A stretch of DNA of 64,000 bases, taken from assembly GCF_009914755.1 (NCBI RefSeq), contig NC_060929.1; one strand, written 5' to 3'. Source of the stretch: the human T2T-CHM13v2.0 reference genome, Homo sapiens. Each line of letters begins with the position of its first letter. Within the stretch, counting starts at the first letter, position 1. Positions 27,990-43,070 of this stretch are shown here, in pieces. The notes under the pieces were generated by a model, which was not told the DNA's origin, ran no database searches, and saw only the letters and a program-made list of their open reading frames with translations. The translations under genes and the position numbers were made by a program.

Positions 27990-28810
27990 TTTACCCAGTC
28001 AAATTTTTAAAAATATATTCAACAACCATCATGAGCAAGGCACTGTAAAAAAAATATAGTCTCATAGAACAGATAAGACTCTCCCAATATGGACCATGCA
28101 AACGATGCTGAGAGGAGATAGTAAAAATGCTTTTTACCTGAGTGGGTTACGAAAAACTTTTTGGAAGAGGTACATTTGTTCTAAAGCTTGAATTTGCAGA
28201 GTTTACGAGCTTATACAGATGGGAAAGGAAGGACTTTCCAAGAAGTAGAGCCAATATAAACACAGACACAAAGAGAGGATGTGTATGCTCTTCCAAAGAT
28301 CCTAAAAAGACCTGTTGGTGGATTGAAGCTCTATCCAAGAAAATTTCAAATCCCAGTCTAAAGAATGTGGAATTTGTTATTTAGGCAAGATGATTTTGGA
28401 GCAATGAAATGGCAAGGGGTGAGGTGTTCAGTAAAATCCACATGGCAAAAAAAAAAACTGTAGATGGACTGGAGTGGCAAGCCATGAATTGAAGACACAG
28501 TATAAAAGGTTTAGTCCAAGTGAGGCTGAAAGGTCTGGACTAGGGCAATAGCAGGATAGCTATGACAAAGAGAGTTTAGAAATATTGCAGAGGGCTGCGC
28601 ACAGTGGCTCATGCCTATAATCCCAGGACTTCGGGAGGCTGAGGTGGGAGGATCACTTGAGCCCAAGTGGTTGAGGCTGTGGTGAGCTATGATTGCATGC
28701 CACGTTATTGCCCTCCAGCCTGGGGAAGAGAGCAAGACCTGGTTGGAAAGAAGGAAGGAAAAGAAATATTGCAGAGGTAGAATGAAGATAATTTGGTAAA
28801 GGCCAGTTTG
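27990..28810 (-). mobile_element. L2 fragments
   Basis: Degenerate antisense L2 pattern; boundaries approximate. Confidence 0.45.
28593..28761 (+). mobile_element. Monomeric Alu (FRAM-like)
   Basis: Single arm with GAAG-rich tail; perfect TSD agaaatattgcagag at 28578-28592 and 28762-28776. Confidence 0.88.
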
Positions 28811-31419
28811 AGGTCCCCATATTTAATGGTTAGGATACTTGATATGTTAAAGAATATGACTATATCAGAGTAGATACTACTAAATCATACTGCATTTTGG
28901 AATTGCAGAGCAAATAGTAATGTCTTCATTTTGTGCTAGCTACCGTGATCTTCCTTTTGATTCTTCATGCCCACTCCTCTGCTAACTAAATCGGCAAAAA
29001 ATGAACTAAGTAGGCAATTGTTAAAGCTTAATAAAATGCAATAAGCAAAATAATCCCTTTAAGTGGTACTTAGTCTCTATAAGATAAAAATGTTATTTTT
29101 CTTAGATAGTCTCACCTTCCCCCTTCTTTGCTCTGCAAGTGGTGAATGGGTATATGAGCGAAGAGCTATGGGGACCTTCTTATATGACCTTGTGGTGCTG
29201 AGGAACTATAAGGTCCTTATGCTATCTTTTCATCTTCTGGCCTTTGGGCGATGCCCTTGGCTATCTCATTCCTTGGGGTCCTATGGACCTCCAGGACAGA
29301 AGCACAGGAACTTTGAAGTTTTTTTTAACTTTTTGATATTCTTGGTTCAAGTAATGCTCCTAGTGATGGCTCCTGGCTATTCTGAGTGCACCTAAACTTC
29401 TCCCATAGGTCTATAGGAGGTCTGCCTTTAACACCACTCAGCCCCAGCTCAGGCTGTCCACTCAGCAGCCCTTGCTGAGAAGCCACCTTTCCCCACTGCA
29501 CAAAACCCCTCTGGAAAGCTTTCAAATTAGACTCTTTTCTACACCACAAGGAAAGCAAGAATAGGCTGGAAAAACTAACCAACAGGATCTGAGTGATGAA
29601 TCATGCTGGAGACATTCAAATTTATTTGACTGTTAATGTAATCTAGATCAGTATAGGGCAGTTTGTTAGATGATATAGGAAACATGAGTCATCTGCTATC
29701 ACTGTAGTATCCTCACTAATATACCTGTCCCTCTCTAGACCAATTCCAAATAAGTGAAAATCTGAGCAGACATCTAAATGTCTCTGCTCCTAGACCTTTT
29801 CTCTCTTACTCTTCTCATAGCATTTCAAGGTCAGGAAGAGGCAGCTTTTCATTTATATCTTTTTAATCATAGTCTCCTTCCAGGTTCCATCTGAGCCCCA
29901 TGATAGGCAAAGGCTGAGACCTCCAGTTTGATTGTTAATATAGCTTATTGACAACATGGTACAAGACATTCTGTTGCTAATGTGGCAACTGAGGGAACCA
30001 AAAAAATTTAGAAAATCCTTCCTTAAGACAATAGCCTGGCTTGTAAGAATACTAACTTGCTGTACAATCCTATGTTGCATACCAAAAGCTTAATATTACC
30101 TAAATATCTTAATTTCCCAGAGGCAGGGATGCCTCAGGTAAACTAGTTGAAAGACCCCCTATGAGGAAAAATACTGGAAAAGCACATTAATATCTTTCAA
30201 AATATTATCCATTTTATAAATGGATCTATGCAATTAGCATTACGTAGTATTTCCAAAATGAATAATTATGGAGACTTCAAAAATGTTCACAATGAATACA
30301 ATATATGTTACATGAAAGTGGATGCTCCTTTAAGACTAATCAACATTTATGTCTATTCAATACAAAAATTGAATAAGCACAGTGATGCTGTATCTAAGAC
30401 TAGGTGTGAGAGCAGGAATACAGGGCTTGGTATTTCAGTCAACAGGTTAATGAATTTAGTAAATTTCAATAGTCAATGAATTGGTTGACTCTCTGATATA
30501 CAAACTGAAGTTACTAAAGCACAAAAAAAAGGTTAGAAAAAGAAACATATAACTTATGTTGATAACACTTGCCTCTGTACCAGTTACTGGTCTTAGATGT
30601 AGCCATCAACCAATGACAAATGAGAAACTTGTGGACAACACACCTCAGCTTCCCTAACTCTGAGGTGCACCATCTACACGGCTGCTCAGTTTTCATGAAA
30701 ATGACTGCCAATTTAGCCACAGTGGTGACTTGCTTGATCACAAACTCTTTTCTGACTTCCTCTTCTTCACTGTCTAACTCGCCCACACCCTTGCTGCTGT
30801 TTCCTGGGATGACCTGGAATAAGCCACTTACTCTTGCATCTGTGTCTCACAAAATGTTTCACAGGGAAACAAAATAAAGGCCAGAGCTCTTGACCATGGC
30901 TTGCCTTCTTTGTCTGCCTGAGAGGAATCTCTGAAGCCTGGGAGCCCAAATCATACAGAAATTCATGTCTGAAGTATTCTCATGTCTCCTTTTTAATCCT
31001 TCAGTTAAAACCAGAATGACAAATTTTCCGTTAATAAAACAGAGTGGGTGTTTTTCCCCTGAGGACTCCCTCTTCCAGTAGTGCAGCTGGCACAAAGATG
31101 TCTCAAGCCTCTTTGAGAAGGTCAGTGAGCTCTGACTCAGCCCTGTCCTCCCAGATTTATACTTGGAGCTAGCAGGTTTTTCAGCCCAAACCTGTTTTTA
31201 TATAGAATAAAAAATTCAACTAAGTAACTAAAAATCTTCACTGTCTATGAATCAAAGGATTTTAAAAGTACCAAGTTCCCAGGAGTCATTAATCCAAACT
31301 TCATATTGTCTTCATATTTCTACAAAAAGTAGTATTATCCAGTCTCTTTTTAATCAATAAAACACAAACACTCTCTCAAAATGTTTGTTTGAGCGTTCAT
31401 CTAAACTGGAAGTCACAGC

Positions 31420-31770
31420 TCAAACTATGGAACTATGAAGACCTGGTTTCAAATCCTAGCTACAATTCTTGCTGGCAATGACACCAAGCATATTACTTAA
31501 CCCCTTAGGCCTTCATTTCTTCTTCCCCAAGTTAGAAATAATAAAATACTTAAATTTTACAGTGGCCATTAAGAACAAATGAAATGATTTGTAAAGTCTA
31601 ATACATAGTAAATGTTTGTGTTAATTTCTTTTTAAAACATCTGGTAATCTTCCTTCTTTCAATGAACATTTATTGAGCATCTGTTTGTTGCTAGACCCTA
31701 TGATAAATAAAATACAATCTTTCTCCTACCTCCAAGAGCTTATGGTCTATTGGGGAGACAAATATGTGTT
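31420..31770. mobile_element. MIR (+) followed by L2 3' end (-)
   Basis: gaagacctggtttcaaatcctagct...; aacatttattgagcatctg. Confidence 0.6.
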
Positions 31771-34555
31771 TTAAATTTAATAATTAAAATGTATATAATA
31801 TATTATCTTATGCTCAATATATAATTGCACAAATATGTATTAAAGTGAATAATTATAATAAAAAAATTTTAATACAACAACAGTAAAAGTGCTATCTAAA
31901 ATTTCTAGGCCACAGTAGTATTCAGATACTTGTGTCTACTTATCCTATATATAGCGGATTACATTTTATAACTTTGTAAATCTTAAGAACCATTCTCTTG
32001 CCATTACCAGAGTGTTAATGTTTGGATGGTTGATACTGAAGAAAGTAAGAATGAAAGTGCTGTTCAAGCCCTGGGTCATGGTAAATGTGAGGAGAAAATC
32101 GTGTCCATGTAAGGCTTTGTAGTGGTCTAAGAGATATGAATTGCTGTTCACCTTATCATGTCACTTCACTAAAATTACCATCAGTGTCATAAACTGATAT
32201 CAATTAGCTAAGTGCTTAGGGGTCTGGGAAGTTTAAGATTCTCCTGACAAAAATACCTAGTAACATGTTTTGTTGATCACTGTAGCAAAAAGCTCACCCT
32301 GCTTCCTGTCCTACACATTTCTAGCATGTTTTATTCTTGTCTAAGAGAGCATTTTGTGTATGTCTGTCATGTCCTTGACCCAGCTTACCCCAAACCTGTT
32401 AATTTCCATAGCTGATGTTCACATACCATTCCTTACATGGGGAGCACACAGCACACACACACACCCTCCCAGACCTTCTCTCACACCCACAGGGATGAGC
32501 AGGGTGCCATTGGCCCGTATCATTCACAAGAGGATGAGTCTGTTGATAAAGTGACGCAAGCTCCACCTGCAGATTTGGTGAGGTGTCTAATTAAGGCAAG
32601 CAGAGACATAGCTGACACTCATAACTCAACCATAAAGCATTTATCACCTTAATACCTAGGTCTCAGACCTGATTTTTAAACTATTTGTTCCTGATACATC
32701 ACCAACTTTCTTACAGGAATGATAAAAAGATGTCTCTCCACACGTGGAAGGCCAATCAAGCCTTTATCCAAACCTTGTCCTCTCATCCATGTAAAAGCAA
32801 GCTCTTAACTTTATAAGAACCATTTGCCTACAAGACATGCATTTCTTGTAATTATTCTTACTTCTGGAACATTTTCAACCTCCTTAATCTTAACTCTTCA
32901 GATATCAGATATATCTTTTGTAAGGTCAAACATAACTTTATTTCTGCTATTTAATAAGCATTATATTTTCTTTTATAAAAAAAGATCAATTCTGCAATTA
33001 AACATCAAGCTGACCACTTTTTTTTAATTCTAGAAAAAGCTTTTTTTTTCCATAGGTTATTGGGGTACAGGTGGTGTTTGGTCGCATGAGTAAGTTCTTT
33101 AGTGGTGATCTGTGAGATTTTGGTGCGCCCATCACCTGAGCAGTATACACTGCACTCTATTTTATCCCTTGTTTCCCTTCCACCCTTCCCAGAAGTCCCC
33201 AAAGTCAATTGTATCTTTCGCAAGCCTTTGAGCGTCTTCATAACTTAGCTCCCACATATCAGTGAGAACATATGATGTTTGATTTTCCATTCCTGAGTTA
33301 CTTCATTTAGAATAATAGTCTGCAGTCTTATCCAGGTCACTGTAAATGCCACTAATTCATTCCTTTTTATGGCTGAGTAGTATTCCATCATATCTATAAC
33401 TATATCTATATAGATAAAGATATCACAGTTTCTTTATCCACTCATTGATTAATAGGCATTTGGGTTGGCTCCACAATTTTTCCATTGTGAATTGTGCTGC
33501 TATAAACATGCATGTGCAAGTATCTTTTGTGTACAATGACTTCTTTTCCTCTGGGTAGATACCCAGTAGTGGGATTGCTGGATCAAATGGTAGATCTACT
33601 TTTAGTTATTTAAGGAATCTCCACACTGTTTTCCACAGTGGTTGTACTAGTTTACATTCCAACCAGCAGTGTAGAAGTGTTCCCTGATCACTACATTCAT
33701 GCCAACATCTACTATTTTTTGATTTTTTTGATCATGGTCATTCTTGCAGGTATAAAGTGGTATTGTATTGCAGTTTTGATTTGCATTTCCCTGATCATTA
33801 GAGATGTTGAGCATTTTTTCATGTTTATTGGCCTATTGGTCATTTGTATATCTTCTTTTGAGAAATGTCTATTCATGTCCTTAGCCCACTTTTTGATAGG
33901 ATTGTTTGTTTTTTTTTCTTGCTCATTAAATAACCTTCTCCTGAATGATCATTGGGTCAAAAATGAAATCAAGATGGAAATTAAAAAATTATTTGAACTG
34001 AATGACAATAGTGACACAACCTATCAAAACCTCTGGGATACATCAAAAGGCGGTGCTAAGAGGAAAGTTCATAGCCCTAAATGCCTACATCAAAAAGACT
34101 GAAAGGGCACAAACTGACAATCTAAGATCACACCTCCAGGAACTAGAACAAACCAAACTCAAACCCAGCAGAAGAAAGGAAATAACCAAGATCAGAGCAG
34201 AACTAAATGAAATTGAAACAAAAAAATACAAAAGATAAATGAAACAAAAAGCTGGCTCTTTCAAAAGATAAATAAAATTGATAGTCCATTAGCAAGATAA
34301 ACCAAGAAAAGAAGAGAGAAAATGCAAATAAGAAACGAAATGAGAGATATTACAACTGACACCACAGAAATACCAACGATCATTCAAGGCTACTATGAAC
34401 ACCTTTATGTGCATAAACTAGAAAACCTAGAAGAGATGGATAAATTCCTGGAAAGATACAATTCTTCTAGCTTAAATCAGGAAAAATTAGACATCCTGAA
34501 CAGACTGATAACAAGCAGCGAGATTGAAATGGTAATTTAAAAATTACCAACAAAA

Positions 34556-35810
<1,255 letters not shown>

Positions 35811-36697
35811 AAAAATTACCAACAAAAAAAATCCAGGACCAGATGGATTCACAGCAGAATTCTACCATTCAAAGAAGAATTGGTATCAATCCTATTGACA
35901 TTATTCCACAAAATAGAAGGAGGGAACCCTCCCTAATTCATTGTATGAAGCCAGCATCATCCTAATACCAAAACCGGGGAAGGACATACCCAAAAAAGAA
36001 AACTACAGACCGATATCCCTGATATCCTGTTGTTAAGGATGCTAAAATCCTTAACAAAATACTAGCTAACTGAATCCAATAACATATCAAAAGGATAATT
36101 CACCATGATCAAGTGGGTTTCATACCAGGAATGCAGGGTTGGTTTAACGTATGCAAGTCAATATATGTAATACACCACATAAACAGAATTAAAAACAAAA
36201 ATCACATGATCATCTCAATAGATGCAGAGAAAGCATTTGACAAAATCCAGCATCCCTTTATGATTAAAACTTAGCAAACTCAGCATACAAGGGACATATT
36301 TCAATCTAATAAAAGCCATCTATGACAAACATGCAGCCAACATAATACTGAATGGGGAAAAGTTGAAAGCATTCCCTGTGAAAACTGGAACAAGACAAAG
36401 ATGCCCACTCCTCTTCAGTGTAGTACTGGAAGTCCTAGCCAGAGCAATCAGACAAGAGAAAGAAATAAAAGACATCCAAATCAGTAAAGAGGAAGTCATA
36501 CTGTTACTGTTTGCTCATGACATGATTGTTTACTTCAAAAACCCTAAAGACTTCTCCAGAAAGCTCCTAGAACAGATGAAAGAATTCAGCAAAGTTTCTG
36601 CATACGAAATTAATGTACACAAATCAGTAGCTCTTCTATACATCAACAGTGACCAAGAAGAGAATCAAATCAAGTACTCAACTCCTTTTACATCTGC

Positions 36698-36701
36698 AAA
36701 A

Positions 36702-36744
<43 letters not shown>

Positions 36745-36745
36745 A
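36698..36745. repeat. (TAAA)n microsatellite inside L1
   Basis: Direct read. Confidence 0.95.
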
Positions 36746-37225
36746 GTACTTAGGAATATACCTAACCAAGGAGGTGAAAGACCTCTACAAGGAAAACTAC
36801 AAAACGCTACTGAAAGAAATAGTAGATGACACAAACAAATGGAATTACATCCCATTCTCATGAATGGGTAGAATCAATATTGTGAAAATGACCATACTGC
36901 CAAGAGCAATCTACAAAGTCAATGCAACTCCCATCAAAGTACCACCATCATTCTTCACAGAATTAGAAAAAACAATTCTAAAATTCATATGGAACCAAAA
37001 AAGAGCCTGCATAGCCCAAGCAAGACTAAGCAAAAATAACAAATCTGGAGGCATCACATTATCTGATTTCAAACTATACTATAAGGCCATAGTCACCAAA
37101 ACATCACGATATTGGTATAAAAATAGGCATGTAGACCGAAGGAACAGAATAGATAACCCAGAAATAAACCCAAACACTTACAGCCAACTGATCTTTGACA
37201 AAGCAAACAAAAACATAAAGTGAAA

Positions 37226-37538
<313 letters not shown>

Positions 37539-38146
37539 CCACAAAGTAGGGTAAGAACACCCTTTTCAACAAATAGTTCTGGGATTATTGGCTATCCACA
37601 TGTAGGAGAATGAAACTGGATCCTCATCTCTCACCTTATACAACTCAAGATGGATTAAGGACTTAAATCTAAGACCGGAAACTATAAAAATCCTAGAAGA
37701 TAATGTTGGAAAAACCCTTCTAGACATTGGCTTAGGCAAGGATTTCCATGACCAAGAGCCCCAAAGCAAATGCAATAAAATAAAGATAACTAGATGGGAC
37801 TTAATTAAACTAAAGAACTTTTGCACAGCAAAAGGAACAGTCAGCAGAGTAAACAGACAAACCACAGAGTGGGAGAAAATCTTTACAATCTATACATTTG
37901 ATAAAGGAGTAATATCCAGAATCTACAATGAACTCAAACAAATCAGCTAGAAAAGCTTCTCTTTAATTATTTTGGGAGAAAGTCTTTATGCTTATTAAAA
38001 AAAAAACCTTAGGAATTACCTTTTCCAGTATAACTGACTCTTTTCTATCATAAATTCGACCAGTCATTTATTGGCATGAAGAAATGGCAAAAGATCAGAA
38101 AGAGGTAGCAAGAGCCAAGGAACCAACACCACTGTTTTGAGTTGTA

Positions 38147-38170
38147 TGTTGTTGTTGTTGTTGTTGTTGT
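38147..38170. repeat. (GTT)n microsatellite
   Basis: Direct read. Confidence 0.9.
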
Positions 38171-39480
38171 CATTTGGTGTAATCCACAAGGGAGTTAAGA
38201 AAACAAAGAGAGCCCTGAGCAAATAAGAGCCAGGAGCTTACCATTTGGAGAACTTCCAGGATGTTCTCCATGGAATCATCTGTGATGCTTCTTCTCACAT
38301 GTGACTTTCACAGGGTAGTGAAGGAGGTTGAGATACACAATGGATTATCCTAGTTCACTAGTAGAGACAATGTGGAATACACCTGGAAAACTGAGTCACA
38401 TACATAGAGGAAACGTGATTAACTGAATAATTGAAGGTTATTACTAGCAACTCAATTATAGATGGATAACCTGTGAGAGGCAGCACTGGAAAAAGAAGGC
38501 AGGTCATAGAGATTGAGGAAGAGGCTTTTTACTGGTTTCTTTGAAAAGTATATCCCCCCATCTAGACAGCTACTATGACCCAATAGTGGTACCTGCATCG
38601 CTTCAACTTCAGAGCTACCTATGCAGTACAAGCCCTTCATTTTACAAATTAGAAAATGGAGGCTCTACTTTCCTAAGATCAAACCACTATTTAGTGGCAG
38701 ACTTTGATTCAAATGTAAATTTTCTGCCTCTTGTCTCAGTTCTCTTTTTACTCTGCCTTGGCTAAAATACATCCAGAATCTTGATAGTTTTATCATAATC
38801 AAGAATAATTACCCTTTCTTATTTAAGTCCATGTTATGTTTCAGGCACTATAAAAGGAGCTTTATCTAGAATATCCCATTTAATTTTGCAATGGTTTAAA
38901 TGAGATAGATACTGTTTTATCTATATTGCATGAATAAAACAAAGCTTGATGATATTGAATTATGGGCAGCATAAAATCATATGACTAGTAAATGGTAAAA
39001 CCACCATTTGGATCTATGCCTGTCTAAATTCCACTAGAAGTAAGGGGCAAGTTGTGAAGATTAACTGTGGCCCAAGGATCTACACATGTACCATCTCTTC
39101 ATCTCCATTACTATGGCCTTAGTTAAGGGTTTTATCCTTGCTTAGACTATTGCAATAGTTTTCTAACCAATCTATTTTCATCTCTTCCTTGCCAGTCCAT
39201 CTTCTACACTTAAAACAGAATTATATTTTTAAAATCCATAATTCGTTATCAAATTATCCTGTTATTTCTTAGTTCATACAGTTAATAAGCATCAGAGTAA
39301 GAATCAGAGACCCTGGACTTCCCTTTAGTTTACTTAGATCTGGGGTTCTTTTCTCTAATCCTCACTAATTAATAAAAATATAATAATTGTTAACAACATA
39401 ATCATGAAATATAATCACCCTTTATAACACCTTAATCCTAAAGATAGTTCCTGAAATGTTATATAGTTATTAGAAGATGA

Positions 39481-39805
<325 letters not shown>

Positions 39806-39984
39806 GAAGTTATAAATTTAATCTTACTACACATGACATTAATCCACTGCAAATACCTGGAGAAAAATCAGTGATTAATAGAAAATCCAAATAAGAACAG
39901 TACAATGAACAAAAGTTATGGTATAATCTCATTTATAAATATGGACATATAAATGTTAGTAACTTGAAATAAAAAAAATACTTG

Positions 39985-40180
39985 TGACTAAACTAGGCTT
40001 ATTCTACAAATGCAAGGATAGTTTAAATTAGAAAACCTAGTATTGTAATTGAACAAATTAACAAATTAAAGAAGCAAAACCCTCTGGTCATCTGAATAGA
40101 TGAAGAAAAAATGTTTTATGAAATTCAACACCAAATCATGATAAAAATTTTGAGCAAACTTGGACTGGAACAGGGGTAAT
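39985..40180 (+). mobile_element. Ancient L1M ORF2 fragment
   Basis: aatgcaaggatagttt...aatagatgaagaaaaa...aaattcaacac. Confidence 0.55.
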
Positions 40181-40559
40181 GTCTTGGGTCTCAATCCTAG
40201 AAACCAGACTAGATAAATGAGCGGTGACTAAAACACTAGGGAGAGGTCTGGAGGAAGTTACACAGTGATCATTTTGTTCATGCTCTAAGTAGCCTGTAAA
40301 AGGCACTCTTACCTGGTAACAAGACATTAAGAAGGAGGTGAACTTTTTTTGTATTTTCAAATTACCCACTACTTTAAACAAATTATTAAATATTGTCATG
40401 TATCCCAGCCCCAGTTTTGTCACCCCGTGAGGCTATACCTTTTTTAATAGTTCTACTGCCCTTTATAAGGCAGTTGTAAACCACCAATGCTTCAGTTTGA
40501 TATGAATAAACATGAGGCAAAAAGAAAAAGGAGGAAAAGAGATGAGGAAAGCCTATGCT

Positions 40560-40594
<35 letters not shown>

Positions 40595-40605
40595 TACACA
40601 CACAC
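40560..40605. repeat. (CA)n microsatellite
   Basis: Direct read. Confidence 0.95.
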
Positions 40606-41324
40606 GAGATCATATCAAATACTCTTAATGGGGCAGAGTTACACAAACTACTTTTTGTCACTGCTTACTCATTATTTCAACAGCAACAGCAGCCCAAATC
40701 ATATAGTTTAATCTTTACTTTTGCCTTCTAACTAATAAATTCCAACATAAAGACCACATCAAAAACCTCAGAAATGTAGTCCCCTTTAGGGAGAAAGAAG
40801 AAAAAAACCCACCTGTTTATAGTTACAGAATTATAAACCTCATTGCTAAAAAAATACTTAGGAAATTATGTAAGGAACCATGATAAGATTGATTTAATCT
40901 GGGAGATGAAGCACTCATAGCAATTTGGTCATTTTGTTTATGAGCAAATTGTTTACAGAGTCTTTATGTTGCCACGTTATATGATTATGGTGACAACTAG
41001 TGGCAATGTCCTAGGTCTTTAAGAATTACACATTAACAGTGTTTGCCTTTAAAGGGCAAGTGATTCGAGACTATAATTGGAATGAATCATAAAATTTTCT
41101 CTTTTCCCTTCAAGGAAAAGTGAAATACAAATAGAATCAGTCCTGAATAATCCAAAACAAATGAAAAGAGTCATGATACAGATAGTCCAAAGGCAGGAGG
41201 AATGAAAATAACTGGCACTTAACTTTGGAATGTACTATATGTGGTTCCCAGTGTGGACAACAGATTTTTGTGGCAGCCCTATTTATAGAGCACCTGTGGC
41301 CAGGCCCTTGGACAAGGAAGTATC

Positions 41325-41782
41325 TAAGTCAAATAAAATACGGAGACAAATCTCTCAATTTAAAACATTTTATTTGGGAGGCAAGAATTCCAATTTTGGA
41401 CATACACACAAACCAGGTGGTCTTCAGTATGTCTAAAGAACAAAGAGAAGTTTGGGAGTTTTATTAGAAAGAGAAATGTTACATATTGTTTTGAAGGAAA
41501 GCTCATTGGCACTCCAGAAGCTTTGGGAACTGGCAAGCTCTGGTTGGTGAGTGACTGTAATGAATAAAACCAGTCTTAGAGTTACAGCAGGTCATTTCAG
41601 CATCTACTAGGTAAGACTGGTTTTAGGGTTATGGAAGGCCTTTTCAGTAGCTAGATTTGGAGGAAATTTAATTCTTAAGGCAAGTGCTATGTGCCCTGAG
41701 TGTTTTTATTCCTTCTGGCCTCTCAAGTCTGATTTAGTTGGGTATGATAAAAATAACCCAATTTGTGTAATTAACTTTCACA
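41325..41782 (-). mobile_element. ERV1 (MER4-group) solo LTR, family unassigned
   Basis: Minus strand begins tgtgaaagttaattacacaaattgggttatttttatcatacccaactaaatcag and carries AATAAA near the other end. Confidence 0.65.
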
Positions 41783-42316
41783 GAGACAATAATACTAAAG
41801 CCAGTTCAGGCAGAATTGTCTTAAGAAGAAAGTCATCTAGAGTGCTTTTTAAATTGTTTGGTATATTTTAAAAGAACAACTAGATTGTAGTTTAAAAGAA
41901 CAATTAGATTATAGGCATGGCAGAGGCAATAAATTATATACATATTAATTGAGCTTACTTAAGCATGTCAATAAAATGTATCTGGCATCACTTTTAACGT
42001 TCCACCAAAAGTACTCTAAAAAAAGTTGGGGGAGAATAAATTAAGCAAAGTAATCGCTCACATTATGGAACATTTCTCATATGACAGGCATTGTGCTAAG
42101 CAACAACACTCTTATATGTAGACCCACCAATTACAGAGAGTCGGGCACTTTTGTAAGGAATTTATATGTATCCCTTCATTTAATCCTTGCATAAATCCTG
42201 TGAAACAGCTACTATTATCATGCCCATTTTGCAGGTGAGGAAACAGGGGCACAAAGGGGTAAGTTTACCTAAACACTCAGAGCTGGGGAGTGACAGCGTA
42301 AAACCCCAGGCGTTTC

Positions 42317-42487
42317 TTTTTTTTTTTTTTTTTCCTCTTTAGAATCTTTTTTTTTTATTATTATACTTTAAGTTTTAGGGTACATGTGCACAATGTGCAG
42401 GTTAGTTACATATGTATACATGTGCCATGCTGGTGTGCTGCATCCATTAACTCATCATTTAGCATTAGGTATATCTCCTAATGCTAT
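42317..42487 (-). mobile_element. Very short L1PA2/3-like 3' end with bipartite tail, inserted at a MIR
   Basis: ttatactttaagttttagggtacatgtgcac...; TSD cccaggc(g/a)tttc at 42305-42316 and 42488-42499. Confidence 0.9.
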
Positions 42488-42771
42488 CCCAGGCATTTCA
42501 CCCCCTCATGGGCTTTTTTAACCACTACCACTGTAATGACTCCTGATGTGAGCAAGAGGCAAAGTGCCTGCATTTTATGTTCATTAGATGGTACTTTGTT
42601 AGAAATAGTAATCTGGGGGCATACAGGTCAACGTAACACTTTCTGACCACAGAGCAGATGTGCTTCTGGTTCCTTGAGCAAACACTGGCCCACACATCTC
42701 TGATATGTATTTTCATATATCTCTAGGACAATTTTGTCCCTTATGTGTGTCCCTTAGAAAGCAGGATGTTC

Positions 42772-43070
42772 GGTTTTTTGCTCTTGCGATAGTTTACTGA
42801 GAATGATGATTTCCAGTTTCATCCATGTCCCTACAAAGGACATGAACTCATCATTTTTTATGGCTGCATAGTATTCCATGGTGTATATGTGCCACATTTT
42901 CTTAATCCAGTCTATCATTGTTGCACATTTGGGTTGGTTCCAAGTCTTTGCTATTGTGAATAATGCCACAATAAACATACGTGTGCGTGCACATGTACCC
43001 TAAAACTTAAAGTATAATAAAAAAAAATTTAAGAATAAAAATAAAAAATAAAAAAAAATAAAAAAAAAAA
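42772..43070 (+). mobile_element. Short twin-primed L1PA2/3-like insertion
   Basis: Inverted piece 42772-42986, sense 34 bp 42987-43020, A tail; perfect TSD agaaagcaggatgttc at 42756-42771 and 43071-43086. Confidence 0.9.

Noticed and set aside
19879-32672. Identical 16-mer taggtctcagacctga at 19879 and 32657, containing an IR1-like palindrome
   Set aside because: About 2e9 position pairs against 4^16 (~4e9) makes one such match unremarkable, and the half-sites are AGGTCT rather than AGGTCA.
41867-41914. 24-bp tandem duplication tttaaaagaacaa(c/t)tagatt(g/a)tag
   Set aside because: Ordinary slippage duplication with no further structure; not a CRISPR-like array.
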